Below are positions 40,053 to 53,640 of a DNA stretch of 64,000 nt, in pieces; positions within the stretch are counted from its first letter, which is position 1; each line of letters starts with the position of its first letter. The stretch is taken from the NCBI GenBank assembly GCA_964016885.1, contig OZ024745.1, positions 69,874,001-69,938,000 of the forward strand, given 5' to 3'. Source of the stretch: Eledone cirrhosa. Its lineage: Eukaryota. The translations under genes were made by a program, and so were the position numbers. The notes under the pieces were generated by a model. It was given only the letters and a program-made list of their open reading frames with translations, was not told the DNA's origin and made no database searches.

Positions 40053-42683
40053 TATTATTATAAATTTATTATTATTATTATTGTTCTTTGAGTCTCAGTC
40101 ATTGATGTTAGTTAACTGGAAATTTTCTTGAAATGAATATCAAGCCACTACCTGCAGCCTCAGATATTCAGGACGTATCGGAGGGTTCTTGCTGTTCCCA
40201 GCAAGCATGCATTTTGAAGCGTTCCAAAAAGCGTGGCGGGGCCAATTTTCTTTAACCATCCCTGGAAACCTTTTGAGATAGTACCTAGTGCGCCTATGAC
40301 AATTGGGACAACTTTGACTTCATGGCAGTTCCAAATCCATTTTACCTCCCACTTTAAGTCCTGGTATCGGTTAATTTTCTCCCTCTCCTTCTCTTGTACT
40401 CTCGTGTCGAACGGGCAGGCCACATCCACAATCAGGCACGATCTTTTTTCCTTGTCCAAAACCACCAGGTCAGGTCTATTGTGTTCCAGTTTCTTGTCCG
40501 TCTGTATCCTAAAATCCCACAGCACCTTCACCTGATTGTTCTCCATCACCGCCTCTGGCCTATGCTCATACCATTTCTCAGAATGTGGTAAATTGTTTAC
40601 TTTGCACAGGTGCCAGTGGTCACCCTGCCCATCATATCGTGTCTCCAGCCCTTATAGTGGGTCTGGGCTAGGTGTTTACACTCGGACACAATGTGAGCCA
40701 CAGTCTCCTCTCTCTCTCCACAGATCCTGCACAGTGGGCTAGCCTCCTCCTTGTAGATATGGTGCTTCAACCACTTCGTTTTGATGGCCTGCTCCTGCGC
40801 AGCCATTAGCATTCCTTCAGTAGCCTTTTTGAGGTCTCCTCTTCTCAACCAGTTCCATGTCTGTGGATCTCTAAATTCAGTTTTCTCAAAGAAGGTACTA
40901 TGAAGGGATTTTCCCTTAAGGCTGCTCTTCCTCCTTGATGTTATTTCCTCCTTGGACATCCCCTGGCCTACTGTCCCCTCCTTCAGTACAGCTCTGAGCA
41001 TTGGCTCCTTACTATAGGTCACGTATTTGTATAGGTTGTTTTTCTCCATCTGAACACAGTCCTCTATGCTGATAAGACCTCTTCCACCCTCAGATCTCCT
41101 TAGGTAGAGTCTATCGACATCACTCCTCTTGTGGAACATGTTGTAGATAGTCAATAGCTTCCTAGTCTTCCTATCCATTTCTTTTTGTTCAGCAACATTC
41201 CATCTCAGAATTCCCGCACTGTACCTAATAATAGACACAGCTCGGGAATTTACTGCGCTTATGGCGTTTCTGCTGTTCAGATGTGACTTCAATACGCTCC
41301 TTACTCTCCGAATGTATTCAGTTCTTAACAATTCCTTCATTTTTTTGTTCTTTATGCCATCAGCCTCCAGAACGCCCAAATACTTGTATCCTTCCTCAGA
41401 GTCAATTTCCTTTATCATCTCACCTGTTGGTATCTGGATCCCGTTACTTCTGCTCAACCTACCCCTCTTCATCACAATGACTCCACATTTACCAATACCA
41501 AACTGCATACATATATCACTGCTGAAAATACGGACAGTGTCAACAAGCACATCCAACTCCTTCTCACTCTTCCCGAAGAGCTTAAGATCGTCCATTAAGA
41601 GGAGGTGATTGATGGTAAGATCTCCCTTTCCCAACTTGTATCCTGCACTCACTTTTCGCAGTATAATGGTCAGGGTCATCAGGGCATGGACAAACAACAG
41701 AGGGGACAGACTATCTCCCTGTAAGATCTTCACGCCTCCAAAGGATTCTCCAGCTGATGTTAACTCTGTTTTCCAGGACTTCATACTTTTGCTCAACAAC
41801 TGTCTGATATTATCTGCCACCTTGAAGATATCTAGGCTTTTGGTGATCAAAGAATGAGGCACCATATCAAATGCCTTTTTGTAGTCTATCCATCCCATGG
41901 CACGACCAGTGTGTCTCCTCTTGCAATTCCTCATTACCATCTTATCAATAAGTAACTGGTCCTTTGTACCACGGGACTTCTTTCGGCATCCTTTCTGTTC
42001 GTCCGGTAACAAGTTGTTTGTGTGGAGGTGATGGTAGATTTCCTCAGACATAATGCTTGTCAACAGTTTCCACATTACGGACAGACATGTGACAGGTCTA
42101 TAGTTGGTAACATCCTAACCCTTGATTCGGTTTTTCATTACCAGAACTGTGGTACTTTTGTCAACCACTCTGGTACCTCACCCGAAATCAAGCAGTCATT
42201 GAACATGGTTGTCAGTTTCGGGTGGAGGGATGTTATATTTTTAATCCAATGCCCCTGCACACCACCAGGGCCTGGTGATTTCCAGTTGGTTAGCTTTTTG
42301 GCCTGCCCCTTAAGAGTTTCAACTGTGATACTCAACTCAGTTTGTTGTTGTGCCTGCTCACCGATCTCCCTCTGTACTGTCTCAATCCACCCTGCCTGGG
42401 CATTGTGTCTAACATCCTGCTCCCATATTCCTCTCCAGAATGTTTTAGTTTGCTCCGCCCCAGGGATCAAGTCGTTGCCTCTTTCTTTCCCCTCAAGCTG
42501 TCCAAACAGCATCTTCTGGTTGTTGTCGAACATGCGGTTCTGTTTATACTGACTGACTCTGTTCTCGTATCGCCTGATTTTTGCACTCTTTGCTACAATG
42601 CGTTGCTTCAGTTCCTCTATGATAATATTTAGCTTTTTACTCCTAGTTTTGTATTTTATTTCCAGTCTATTTTTAGTGCCTAT
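40053..42683 (-). mobile_element. R4/Dong family B copy B1, 5'-truncated
   Basis: ORF pieces 42138-42683, 40597-42075 and 40160-40549; LMDDLKL, CRIC..HIVSEC, HNRPDLV; (TAA)n tail. Confidence 0.92.
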
Positions 42684-42705
42684 GTTATTATTATTATTAT
42701 TATTA

Positions 42706-42745
<40 letters not shown>

Positions 42746-45258
42746 AGTTGCATTTATCTTGCTTTATGTTCATACGAGTTATCACCAAGTCACAACCAGT
42801 GACCTCAAGAGCCAACAAGGTCCGCCATGTTCAAGATAGAACGTACATACTCACACATGCATCTTTAGTGTTTAGACTTGTGATGTACTTATATTGACAG
42901 AATCTTCCTTAGTATATGGGCAGTTCCCATTAGTACTATCTTTTGTATTTCTCCTATACGCGGGTTTCCTGGGATTTGCGATAAGTAATCATTAGACCAC
43001 TTAGGTATCATTCCCAGAGCGCCTACAACCTCTGTTACTGTTTTAGTTCTCAATTTCCACATTTTTCCAATTTCTATCTCCAGGTCCTTATACTTGCTCA
43101 ATTTTTCAAATATTTTTATAGATACATTCTTGTCTATTGGAACAGACATATCAATTAGCAGGCATACCCTCTTTTTGAAGTCCTTCAATATTATATCAGG
43201 TCTATTTGCATCTATTTTTCGGTCTGTTTGGATGCTAAAGTTCCACAAGATTGAGATGTAATCTTTTTCAAGTATGGGAGGTGGTTGATGCTCCCACCAA
43301 TTCTTTTGATGGGGCAGGTCAAAATGCTTACACATTATCCAATGTATGTATTGTGCAGCTCTGTCATGCCTGTTTAGGTATTCGGTTGGAGCTGTAGGAC
43401 TGCACATTGAAATGATATGGTCAATGGTCTCTTGTTGTTTTTTGCATACACGGCATAATGGGCTGCATCCATTTTTTATTATGTTGGCTTGGAAATTTTT
43501 TGTTGGCAGACACTGATCTTGTGCTGATATAATCAGTCCTTCAGTCTCCGATTTCAGTCCAGAGGATGCTAACCACTGATGGGTTAAAGTTTTGTCAACA
43601 TCAGAATTATTAGCTCGCTCTGGGTATTTTCCATACAGAGGCTTTTCTTGCCATTTCTTAGCCAGTTTCTGTAGCAGTTCTTTCTTTGCAGTTACTTTTA
43701 CCTGCTTTGCTTTTTCTTTGTTTTCAATTTCAGCAGTAAATGGGACTTCTGAAATTTGTAGTCCATTACTGTATCTTTGTGCATCTTTTGTAATGGAATA
43801 TGATCTTTTGATGCTTTCGTGTTTCAAAACGAGTTTGATCATCCAATCATGTGATTCCCTTAGATATGTAGATAATCCAATTGTTGCAGTTTTCAACGCA
43901 ATGTATAACTGGATTAACCCACGTCCTCCTTCTTTCCTAGGGAGATATATTCTATCTATATCTGCCTCAGGGTGATGCATTCTGTTCATGGTGAAGAATT
44001 TTCGAATTTTTGTATCGAGCCTACGGATCTCTGTACTTGACCAGTTGATGACATTGTAACTGTAGGTTACTACTGGTATGGCAAGCGTGTTTATGGCATC
44101 GATCCTATTCCTTGCATTCAATTCCGTTCTTAAGATTGCTCTTACTCTGCGCTAACATTCCTTCCTTATCCTTTCCTTCATTGTCGAGAGCTTGATTCCG
44201 TCTCCTTCACAAACACCTAGATATTTGTAAGTTTTTTCTTGATCAAGTTCTCTTATCACGTTCCCCCGATCAAGATTAACGTCTGAACTCTTCAGCAGCT
44301 TTCCTCTGATGAACGTTGCTTTGGCGCATTTGTCTAGTCCAAACTCCATTTTAATGTCATCTCTGAACTGCTCCACAGTGGATAATAGCCCTTGCAATTG
44401 TTCACCATTTTTTGCAAATAGTTTCAGGTCATCCATGTAGAACAAGTGATTAATGGTTTTGTCAGAGACTTTATATCCATGTTTTGTTTCATTGAGCACT
44501 TTACTTAATGGTATAAGTGCGATGCAGAATAAAAGCGGTGATAAAGAGTCACCCTGAAAAATTCCACAATTAATATTAACTTCTCCAGCTTCCAGTGATT
44601 TTGTTTCACTATTCAAAAGGAGTGTCGTTTTCCATGTCTTCATACTGAATGACAAAAACCTCCTGACAACGGGGGATATTTTGAAAATCTCTAAACATTT
44701 TTCAATCCAACTGTGTGGCAAACTACCGAATGCTTTTTTATAATCTATCCAAGCAATCGATAGATTTTTGTGTCTATCATGACAATCTTCCAGTATTATT
44801 TTGTTAACCAGAAGCTGATCCTTACAGCCATATGAATCTCTTTTACACCCTTTCTGCTCAATGGGAAATAGGTCATTTGTTATCAGGTGGTCATATGTGT
44901 ATTCAGTTAGGACTGATGTTAAAATTTCATACATTGTGGTCAAGCAAGTTATCGGTCTGTAATTTTTGGGATTGTTTGTCTCATCATTCTTCGGAAGCAG
45001 GAATGTAATGCCGTTAACTAGCCATGATGGTATCTTTTCTGGCTCCTTAACTATTTCATTTTAAAGTTGGGCTAACAGCTCATGAGACTCTGTGAAGGCA
45101 TTTATCCAAAAGTTTTGTATTTTGTCTTTTCCTGGGGATTTCCATTTGCTGGTTTTTCTTAGAGCCAAGCGCAACTGTTCAACTGTTATATTTTCCATAT
45201 TTGTTCCTCAAGGTGAGCCGTATCTTTCATTTGTCTGTCTATCCATGGGGCATGTATG
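42684..45258 (-). mobile_element. R4/Dong family A copy A2, 5'-truncated
   Basis: Highly similar to 35081-37596; ORFs 44152-44943 and 42889-44121; (TAA)n tail at 42684-42743. Confidence 0.93.
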
Positions 45259-47334
45259 TTATTATTATTATTATTATTATTGTTATTGTTATTCCTTGAA
45301 TCTCAGTCATTGATGTTGGTTAACTGGAAAGTCCGTTGGATTGAATATCAAGCCACTCCCTGCAGCCTCAGATATTCAGGACGTATCGGAGGGTTCTTGC
45401 TGTTCCAAGCAAGCATGCCTTTTGAAGCGTTCCAAAAAGCGTGAAGGGGCCGATTTTCTTTAACCATCCCTGGAAACCTTTGGAGATAGTCCCCAGTGCG
45501 CCTATGACAATCGGGATCACTTTGACTTCATGGCAGTTCCAAATCCTTTTCACCTCCCACTTTAGGTCCTGGTATCGGTTAATTTTCTCCCTCTCCTTCT
45601 CTTGCACTCTCGTGTCGAACGGGCAGGCCACATCCACAATCAGGCACGATCTTTTTTCTTTGTCCACAACCACCAGGTCAGGTCTATTGTGTTCCAGTTT
45701 TTTGTCCGTCTGTATCCTAAAATCCCACAGCACCTTCACCTGAATGTTCTCCATCACCGCCTCTGGCCTATGCTCATACCATTTCTCAGAATGTGGTAGA
45801 TTGTTTACTTTGCACAGGTGCCAGTGGATCACCCTGCCCATCACATCGTGTCTCCAGCCCTTATAGTGGGTCTGGGCTATGTGTTTACACTCGGACACAA
45901 TGTGAGCCACAGTCTCCTCTCTCTCTCCACAGATCCTGCACAGTGGGCTAGCCTCCTCCTTGTAGATATGGTGCTTCAACCACTTCGTTTTGAGGGCCTG
46001 CTCCTGCGCAGCCATTAGCATTCCTTCTGTAGCCTTTTTGAGGTCTCCTCTTCTCAACCAGTTCCATGTCTGTGGATCTCTAAATTCAGTTTTCTCAAAG
46101 AAGGTACTATGAACGGATTTTCCCTTAAGGCTGCTCTTCCTCCTTGATGTTATTTCCTCCTTGGATATCCCCTGGCCTACTGTCCCCTCCTTCAGTACAG
46201 CTCTGAGCATTGGCTCCTTACTATAGGTCACGTATTTGTATAGGTTGTTTTTCTCCATCTGAACACAGTCCTCTATGCTGATAAGACCTCTTCCACCCTC
46301 AGATCTCCTTAGGTAGAGTCTATCGACATCACTCCTCTTGTTGAACATGTTGTAGATAGTCAATATCTTCCTAGTCTTCCTATCCATTTCTTTTTGTTCA
46401 GCAACATTCCATCTCAGAATTCCCGCACTGTACCTAATAATAGACACAGCTCGGGAATTTACTGCGCTTATGGCATTTCTGCTGTTCAGATGTGACTTCA
46501 ATACGCTCCTTACTCTCCGAATGTATTCAGTTCTTAACAATTCCTTCATTTTTTTGTTCTTTATGCCATCAGCCTCCAGAACGCCCAAATACTTGTATCC
46601 TTCCTCAGAGTCAATTTCCTTTATCATCTCACCTGTTGGTATCTGGATCCCGTTACTTCTGCTCAACCTACCCCTCTTCATCACAATGACTCCACATTTA
46701 CCAATACCAAACTGCATACATATATCACTGCTGAAAATACGGACAGTGTCAACAAGCACATCCAACTCCTTCTCACTTTTCCCGAAGAGCTTAAGATCGT
46801 CCATGAAGAGGAGGTGATTGATGGTAAGCTCTCCCCTTCCCAACTTGTATCCTGCTCTCACTTTTCGCAGCATAATGGTCAAGGGCATCAGGGCAAGGAC
46901 AAACAACAGAGGGGACAGGCTATCTCCCTGGAAGATACCTCTCTTGATCTTCACGCTTCCCAAGGATACTCCAGTTGATGTCAACTCTGTCTCCCAGGAC
47001 CCCATACTCCTGTCCAGCAACTGTCTGATGTTATCCGCCACCCTGAAGATCTCCAGGCTTTTGGTGATCCAGGAATGAGGCACCATGTCAAATGCCTTTT
47101 TGTAGTCTATCCATCCCATGGCAAGATCAGTGTGTCTCCTCCTGCAATTCCCCATTACCATCTTATCAATAAGCAACTGGTCCTTTGTACCACGTGACTT
47201 CTTTCGGCATCCTTTCTGTTCGTCCGGTAACAAGTTGTTTGTGTGGAGGTGATGGTAGATTTCCTCAGACACAATGCTCGTCAACAGTTTCCACATTACG
47301 GGCAGACATATGATAGGTCTATAGTTGGTAACAT
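45259..47334 (-). mobile_element. R4/Dong family B copy B2, 5'-truncated, uninterrupted RT-RLE frame
   Basis: (TAA)n tail at 45259-45291; contains the 642-aa ORF. Confidence 0.93.
45368..47296 (-). CDS. RT, zinc knuckle and restriction-like endonuclease of R4/Dong copy B2 (N-terminally truncated)
   Basis: 642 aa without stops: [36 protein letters not shown]. Confidence 0.85.
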   Translation of the reverse strand: MWKLLTSIVSEEIYHHLHTNNLLPDEQKGCRKKSRGTKDQLLIDKMVMGNCRRRHTDLAMGWIDYKKAFDMVPHSWITKSLEIFRVADNIRQLLDRSMGSWETELTSTGVSLGSVKIKRGIFQGDSLSPLLFVLALMPLTIMLRKVRAGYKLGRGELTINHLLFMDDLKLFGKSEKELDVLVDTVRIFSSDICMQFGIGKCGVIVMKRGRLSRSNGIQIPTGEMIKEIDSEEGYKYLGVLEADGIKNKKMKELLRTEYIRRVRSVLKSHLNSRNAISAVNSRAVSIIRYSAGILRWNVAEQKEMDRKTRKILTIYNMFNKRSDVDRLYLRRSEGGRGLISIEDCVQMEKNNLYKYVTYSKEPMLRAVLKEGTVGQGISKEEITSRRKSSLKGKSVHSTFFEKTEFRDPQTWNWLRRGDLKKATEGMLMAAQEQALKTKWLKHHIYKEEASPLCRICGEREETVAHIVSECKHIAQTHYKGWRHDVMGRVIHWHLCKVNNLPHSEKWYEHRPEAVMENIQVKVLWDFRIQTDKKLEHNRPDLVVVDKEKRSCLIVDVACPFDTRVQEKEREKINRYQDLKWEVKRIWNCHEVKVIPIVIGALGTISKGFQGWLKKIGPFTLFGTLQKACLLGTARTLRYVLNI

Positions 47335-47711
47335 CATTATTATTATTATTATTATTGTTATTGTTATTCCTTGAATCTCAGTCATTGATGTTGGTTAACT
47401 GGAAAGTCCGTTGGATTGAATATCAAGCCACTACCTGCAGCCTCAGATATTCAGGACGTATCGGAGGGTTCTTGCCGTTCCAAGCAAGCATGCCTTTTGA
47501 AGCGTTCCAAAAAGCGTGAAGGGGCCGATTTTCTTTAACCATCCCTGGAAACCTTTGGAGATAGTCCCCAGTGCGCCTATGACAATCGGGATCACTTTGA
47601 CTTCATGGCAGTTCCAAATCCTTTTCACCTCCCACTTTAGGTCCTGGTATCGGTTAATTTTCTCCCTCTCCTTCTCTTGCACTCTCGTGTCGAACGGGCA
47701 GGCCACATCCA

Positions 47712-47712
<1 letters not shown>
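47335..47712 (-). mobile_element. R4/Dong family B copy B3 (3' end only)
   Basis: Near-identical to 45259-45637. Confidence 0.92.
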
Positions 47713-47771
<59 letters not shown>

Positions 47772-48173
47772 AGTTGCATTTATCTTGCTTTATGTTCATA
47801 CGAGTTATCACCAAGTCACAACCAGTGACCTCAAGAGACAACAAGGTCCGCCATGTTCAAGAAAGAACATACATACTCACACATGCATTTTAGTGTTTAG
47901 ACTTGTGATGTACTTATATTGACAGAATCTTCCTTAGTATATGGGCAGTTCCCATTAGTACTATCTTTTGTATTTCTCCTATGCGCGGGTTTCCTGGGAT
48001 TTGCGATAAGTAATCATTAGACCCCTTAGGTATCATTCCCAGAGCGCCTACAACCACTGGTATTGTTTTACTTCTCAATTTCCACATTTTTCCAATTTCT
48101 ATCTCCAGCTCCTTATACTTGCTCAATTTTTCAAATGTTTTTATAGATACATTCCTGTCTATTGGAACGGACA
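47713..48173 (-). mobile_element. R4/Dong family A copy A3 (3' end only)
   Basis: Matches 42684-43148; (TAA)n tail at 47713-47770. Confidence 0.92.
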
Positions 48174-48245
48174 AGCCTCATTTTAAAGCCATGTCAGTAG
48201 AATGAACCCTTCATTCTTGCTCTTGTGTTGGGATATAAACAGAAC

Positions 48246-48425
48246 TGAATTGGCAGTATCGGTAGAGGGTAGGATATGCTTTCCAGCATAGTTACGTCCC
48301 TTTACGATCTGAGTTCAATTCCCGCCGAGGTTTACTTTGCCTTTCATCCTTACGGGGTCGATAAAATAAAGTACCAGTAATGTACTGGGATAATTGCTGG
48401 CCTTGTGCCAAAAGTAGAAACAACT
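48246..48425 (+). mobile_element. tRNA-derived SINE copy
   Basis: A box tggcagtatcgg, B box gagttcaattcc, core and tail match the family. Confidence 0.9.
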
Positions 48426-48447
48426 ATATATATATTACATATATATA

Positions 48448-48515
<68 letters not shown>

Positions 48516-49032
48516 ACAATATATTCAGAAACACAGATACATGCGGACACACACATATACATGAATATAACCACATCCATCCTTGAGTTAATGGTGCCAA
48601 CCTTAACCGATGTTACTCTATGAATAACTGGGACAAACCAATCCGAATAGATTAGACTGAACCAGTATCAGAGCTAAAAGTACATTATGAAGAGCGAAGA
48701 AACATTTAGATATAATTAGTAATAAGATGTATCATACCTATATATATATATACTTACATATATATACTTATATATATAAATATATATACTTCCGTATATA
48801 TATGGTTCAACTAAGCAATCTTGCGATATTAACACATTTTGAACTGCTTAACTTCAATGACTGTGCTTGTAAATAACATTATTATTTTTTCTTCCACATT
48901 TACTTTTTACGTTCCACATCATGCACGTTTTTTTCCTTTTTCTTTTTTCTTTTCACTTCTTAAACCTTGGTTGTATATTATTCTTTCTGCACCTTCTGTT
49001 TAACATGTGCGACACCACACTAATACATTTCA

Positions 49033-49074
49033 CTATCATTTGATAATGCATATAAATGCAGAAACCGGTAATAG
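49033..49074 (+). ncRNA. Possible type I hammerhead with U3-A8 core
   Basis: TTGATAA TGCAT ATAA ATGCA GAAA CCGG TA; perfect stem II and palindromic stem III, weak stem I. Confidence 0.55.
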
Positions 49075-49272
49075 ACAAAAATTAAATATATAAATAGATA
49101 AATAAATGGCATTGTTAAATAATAAATAAATCAACTAATACCTTAAAACTTCACACAAAGCAAAACATTTCGTTTTAATCATTTTCTAACCCAGAAAAAA
49201 GAGAGAGAGAAACCAAAAAAAAGGAAAAATAATATATTTTTCTTCCTCAGAATCGTCTCTTTCTCCCTGTTT

Positions 49273-49348
<76 letters not shown>

Positions 49349-49416
49349 GTATACTTATACTTATATATGTTATACTTACATATATAATACATATATATAT
49401 ATATATATATATACAT

Positions 49417-50455
49417 ATGTGATGGTGAACTAGCCAGTTTTAAAATTCCCTTTTTGGCATATAAATCTGCGAGAGTCCTGGTTATCGAGTTGAGCTCTGC
49501 TGACGATTGAAATCCAACCGTGACCATCTCCACTGAAAGTTTTCATGAAATAGGCTTTAAGACTATACAAAGCATTTGAAGTTTTTCCAAATTGAAGGAT
49601 GAGTATTTTACACTTTATTTTATCATGAGTTATGGCTCTATTGATTTTTCCCTGGATTTCACTAAACTCTGTGGATGAATTTATATCCTGATTCTATTTG
49701 AGATGAGTTTGAATTATTTTTCCCACATCTTACGTTAACTATTTTTCCCATTTTGATGCTATAGTCGCATATATGTTATGGAATACTGTTAGCTTCTCGC
49801 TACAACAATTTCTATACCTTTCATTTATATATTTATACTCTGATTTTTTTTCCTTGAGTGCTTAAATTATTTGTGACTAATCCCGTTTTTTTTATAAAAA
49901 CTGTGATAATATTGCTTTTTGCTGAACTCCTTTTGTAGAGTTTTTTTCGGAATGTATTTAACTGTTGTTTCTTGTAAACAAACATTCGCCTCATTCTGAC
50001 GTCACTAGCCCCGTCTCTCCTCATGTGCGTTTTTCATAATCACGCATGATGGTGAAATAGCCAGTTTTAAAATTCCCTTTTTGGCATATAAATCTGTGAG
50101 AGTCCTGGTTATCGAGTTGAGCTCTGCTGACGATTGAAATCCAACCGTGACCATCTCCACTGAAAGTTTTCATGAAATAGTCTTTAAGACTATTGAGCAG
50201 TTGAAATTATTCCAAATTGAAATATGAGTATTTTAGACTTTATTTTATCATGAGTTAAGGCTCTCTTGAGTTTTTCCTGGATTTCACTAAATTCTGTGGT
50301 GAATTTAAATCCTGATTCTATTTGAGATGATTTTGAATTATTTTTCCCACATCTTACGTAAACTATTTTTCCCATTTTGACGCTATAGTCGCATATATGT
50401 TAGGGAATACTGTTAGCTTCTCGCTAAAACAATGTCTATACCTTTCATTTATATA
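49417..50455. repeat. Direct duplication of a ~415-bp unclassified repeat (period ~627 bp) between (TA)n tracts
   Basis: gatggtgaa.tagccagttttaaaattccc...tttcatttata at 49421-49833 and 50048-50455. Confidence 0.85.
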
Positions 50456-50462
50456 TATATAC

Positions 50463-50584
<122 letters not shown>

Positions 50585-50641
50585 GAGTGAGGGCTTTTTT
50601 ACAAAATGAAAAATAACCGAGGTGTCCTACACGAGTGAAAG

Positions 50642-50854
50642 TATAAAGAAAAAAGGATGAAATCAAAAATGCAACTCGAGTCTTATTTTTTTTTAAATAT
50701 ATTCATGATGTGAGAAAAACCACAGACCCTCCATCACAACCCTACTTTTGAAAAGCAGAAGAACTGCGAAACCGTTAAAGGAACCAAATAAATATTTTTT
50801 TTTTTTTAAATAAGACTCCAGTTGCATTTTCGATTTCATCTTTTTTTCTTTATA
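50642..50854. repeat. Inverted repeat, ~48-bp arms, abutting (TA)n
   Basis: tataaagaaaaaaggatgaaatc.aaaatgcaact.gagtcttattt is mirrored at 50806-50854. Confidence 0.85.
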
Positions 50855-51146
50855 TATATATATGTATACACAGTTCAAGAGTAACCAATCTTGAAGACAG
50901 AGATGAAGATAGGAGAGGAGAGATTGGTGAATTAGTTAGAAGCCAAAGCGTAAAGGCAAGTGCTGAATGTGCAATATGCAGTGGAAATCAGCTAGGTGGC
51001 TGGGTTCATGCAGAAGTTAGGCGCGCAGAGCTGGAAATATTCATTAGTTAAGCAAAACAAAACAAGGAAGACATCATTACAAGATTGTCAACATATTTTA
51101 GTTTGATGTAAGGGATGTAGAGAATAATAATAATAATATTAATAAT

Positions 51147-51333
51147 AATTGTTTCTTCTTTAGGCACAAGGCCAGAAATTACCCAGTACATTACTGGTAC
51201 TTTATTTTATCGACCCCGTAAGCATGAAAGGCAAAGTTAACCTCGGCGGGATTTGAACTCAGACTGTAAAGGGACGTAACTATGCTAGAAAGCATGGCGT
51301 CCAACCCTCTACCGATACTGCCAATTCATCACC
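51147..51333 (-). mobile_element. tRNA-derived SINE with (ATT)n tail and possible 18-bp TSD
   Basis: Full reverse-complement copy; aataatattaataataat at 51132-51149 and 51334-51351. Confidence 0.9.
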
Positions 51334-51449
51334 AATAATATTAATAATAATATTAATAATAATAATGTCCGTTTACAATTGTTTCGCTACTTCATATAAT
51401 ATTTCTGGATCAAATGACTATATCTCATTATTGATCTGGTTCAGTTGAA

Positions 51450-53640
51450 AATAATTAACATATTCAAAAACAGAGCGGCTAATCGGTACTTCAAAGGAAT
51501 ATAAATTAAAATAAGGAGAGAATGTTACACAATGTAATGCTCCATATATTGGTATTTCACTATGGTCTCCTGGGTGTATCAATTGTCAGCCATAATCAAG
51601 CAGTATTCATCTGTCGAGGCTGCATTGTGTGAGATCTCCCTATGGGTTACAAGATGGCCGCCAATGGACATATTTACCTTACTAATTAGAGGGTGGTTTC
51701 AGGGGAAGTAACTCCTTGAGAGATTAGAAATTGTGGGTAGTTTATAGTTAAGTGCTAATTTTTAATGTTTTAATTGAGAGACAACGTAGGGGAGGTAACT
51801 TATAATTATCTAAGTTAGTTATAGCTATTTAACTTATTAGCTACAAGTAAAAATGGGGCTAGATGACTATGTTGGGTCAAATATTCTGTTGGCGTAGGAA
51901 TTATCCCTTCGATGTTGACAGCTAATCGTTAATCGGTAGAGGTCGTGATAGAGTTATATAATATGCTTCGGTAATACAGAGATCACAAGATTTTCTTCGT
52001 CCATTGAACGGTTGGGCCCTAACTATGATATCCCATGTTAGTGAGTGTTCAATGTTGGTTAATTTAAGGTTTTTAATGAGCCTAGCTAGAGATGTCGAAC
52101 ATCTGTTGTTAGGGTCTCGGAAGGAAAAAGAGGGCGCGTTATAGCGTACCTTAAAAGGGTTAGAGGTAGATCCGATATAGGAACTGGTATTCGAATGAGT
52201 TTTAACCGTGCACCTATAGAGTATGTTGGGTGTCAGTGAGTGTCCATTTAGTGGGCATGCATTAGGGTAACGGCAGTTGCAGTTACTTCTGCGGTTAGTG
52301 AGAGTAGGGTAGTTTAACCTAAGCGGTTGGTCAGTCTTAGAAGGATTAGATGGGGGAGGTGTGCTACTAGAGTAAGTATTGGTGTAGTGGCGTGGTGTAT
52401 TTGATAGGGTGGTGGTACCGCGGTGTGGGAGTTATACTGTCTTAGTTTATGATGGTTACTGAATGCGATGTGGCTAGCTAGGTTAGGTGTTGTGGAGAAT
52501 GAGATTTTAATGTTATTTTTATTAAAGAGTTTGTAATATCTATGGTTGAGAGGGGGGGATATTTAGATAGGATAGAGAAGAAGCGTTTAGAGATATTAGT
52601 GGCTAGATTAGATGAATTAAGCCAGGTGATATTTCTAGGCCTATTCCTTCTAGGTGTTCTAGTGGAGTTGGTAGGGGCCTTCCTAGGGTTATTATTACCT
52701 GGGGATTTGTTATTTGTCATCCCATTTCTCATTCCTATTCTAGGGTTGATCTTTAGTTTGCTACTTGGAGTGGAGAGCAGGCCCCTGCCACCATTAAAGT
52801 TCCCTGTATAGGTGCTGTAACTGCTAAAATTCCGGCGAATCTGGCTATATGCTAAGGTATTTCTAGTTCTAGTGTTAAGTTTATTATGGTGAATTGTGTG
52901 TTATGGCATTTAGGTATGTAGTAAATGGATCGTTCATAACCAGATTCAGAAAGAGCATTATTATAATATAGTGCATGGTTTATAAATATCTCCTCATTTG
53001 CTGACAGCATGGAGATCCTATACGAGATAGATTTGATTACTGCACTGATGACTGCCGGTGAGTGGTTAGAGTGTGGGCTAATATATGTGAGTATTTCCCC
53101 TGGTTTATGGTAAGGGTAATATAGGTTATTGTTGAGATCCAGGGTGACGTCTAGGAAGTTTATTACTTTATGGTTCGGCTCGATGGTGATAGAGAGCCCG
53201 TTATTTTTAAAGATTCTATGTAATTGTTTTTTTAGTAAATCAATGCCCCGATTAGTGCAATTGTGGTCTGCAAATAGGGCGTCGTCCCTGTATATTCCGC
53301 CTTGTAATGGTTGGATTTCGGCTCTGATGTTATGTAATAGGTAAATTCCAACTAAATCGGTGATTTGCGCAGAGTCACTTGAGCCCATCGTGATTTCAGA
53401 GTTGTCTGTTCTGTCTTTTCTAGTCCAGAGTGCTCCGTTGAATTCAATGATGGTCTGCCTAGCAATAAGTATGATGTCAATCTCATTATTAGTTATGTCC
53501 GAGTTGGTGTTGGCTAGGGTTAATGCTTTGTTGAGCAGTTCCGAGGTTATTGAAGCGTAATAGCTGTCGATGTCAAATTGGATGAATCTCATAGATTGCT
53601 TGGACCTTAGATCGGAGAAACCTCTAATGACTTGGCCGGT
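51450..53640 (-). mobile_element. Naiad-type Penelope-like element, 5'-truncated
   Basis: RT ORF 52852-53640: FDIDSYY, ITMGSSDSAQITDLVGIY, GIYRDD, NFLDVTLDL; RNITWLN; CNCRYPNACPLNG; ILY..YIGSTS..FKVRYN; CDLCITE. Left boundary approximate. Confidence 0.9.

Noticed and set aside
42138-42818. Poly-Asn fusion ORF (also 47443-47844)
   Set aside because: Chance read-through from an R4 family A 3' UTR across the (AAT)n tail into a truncated family B copy.
49495-49530. CTGACGATTGAAA in the duplicated repeat
   Set aside because: Stems I and III cannot form, and the motif is absent from the 29-kb homolog.
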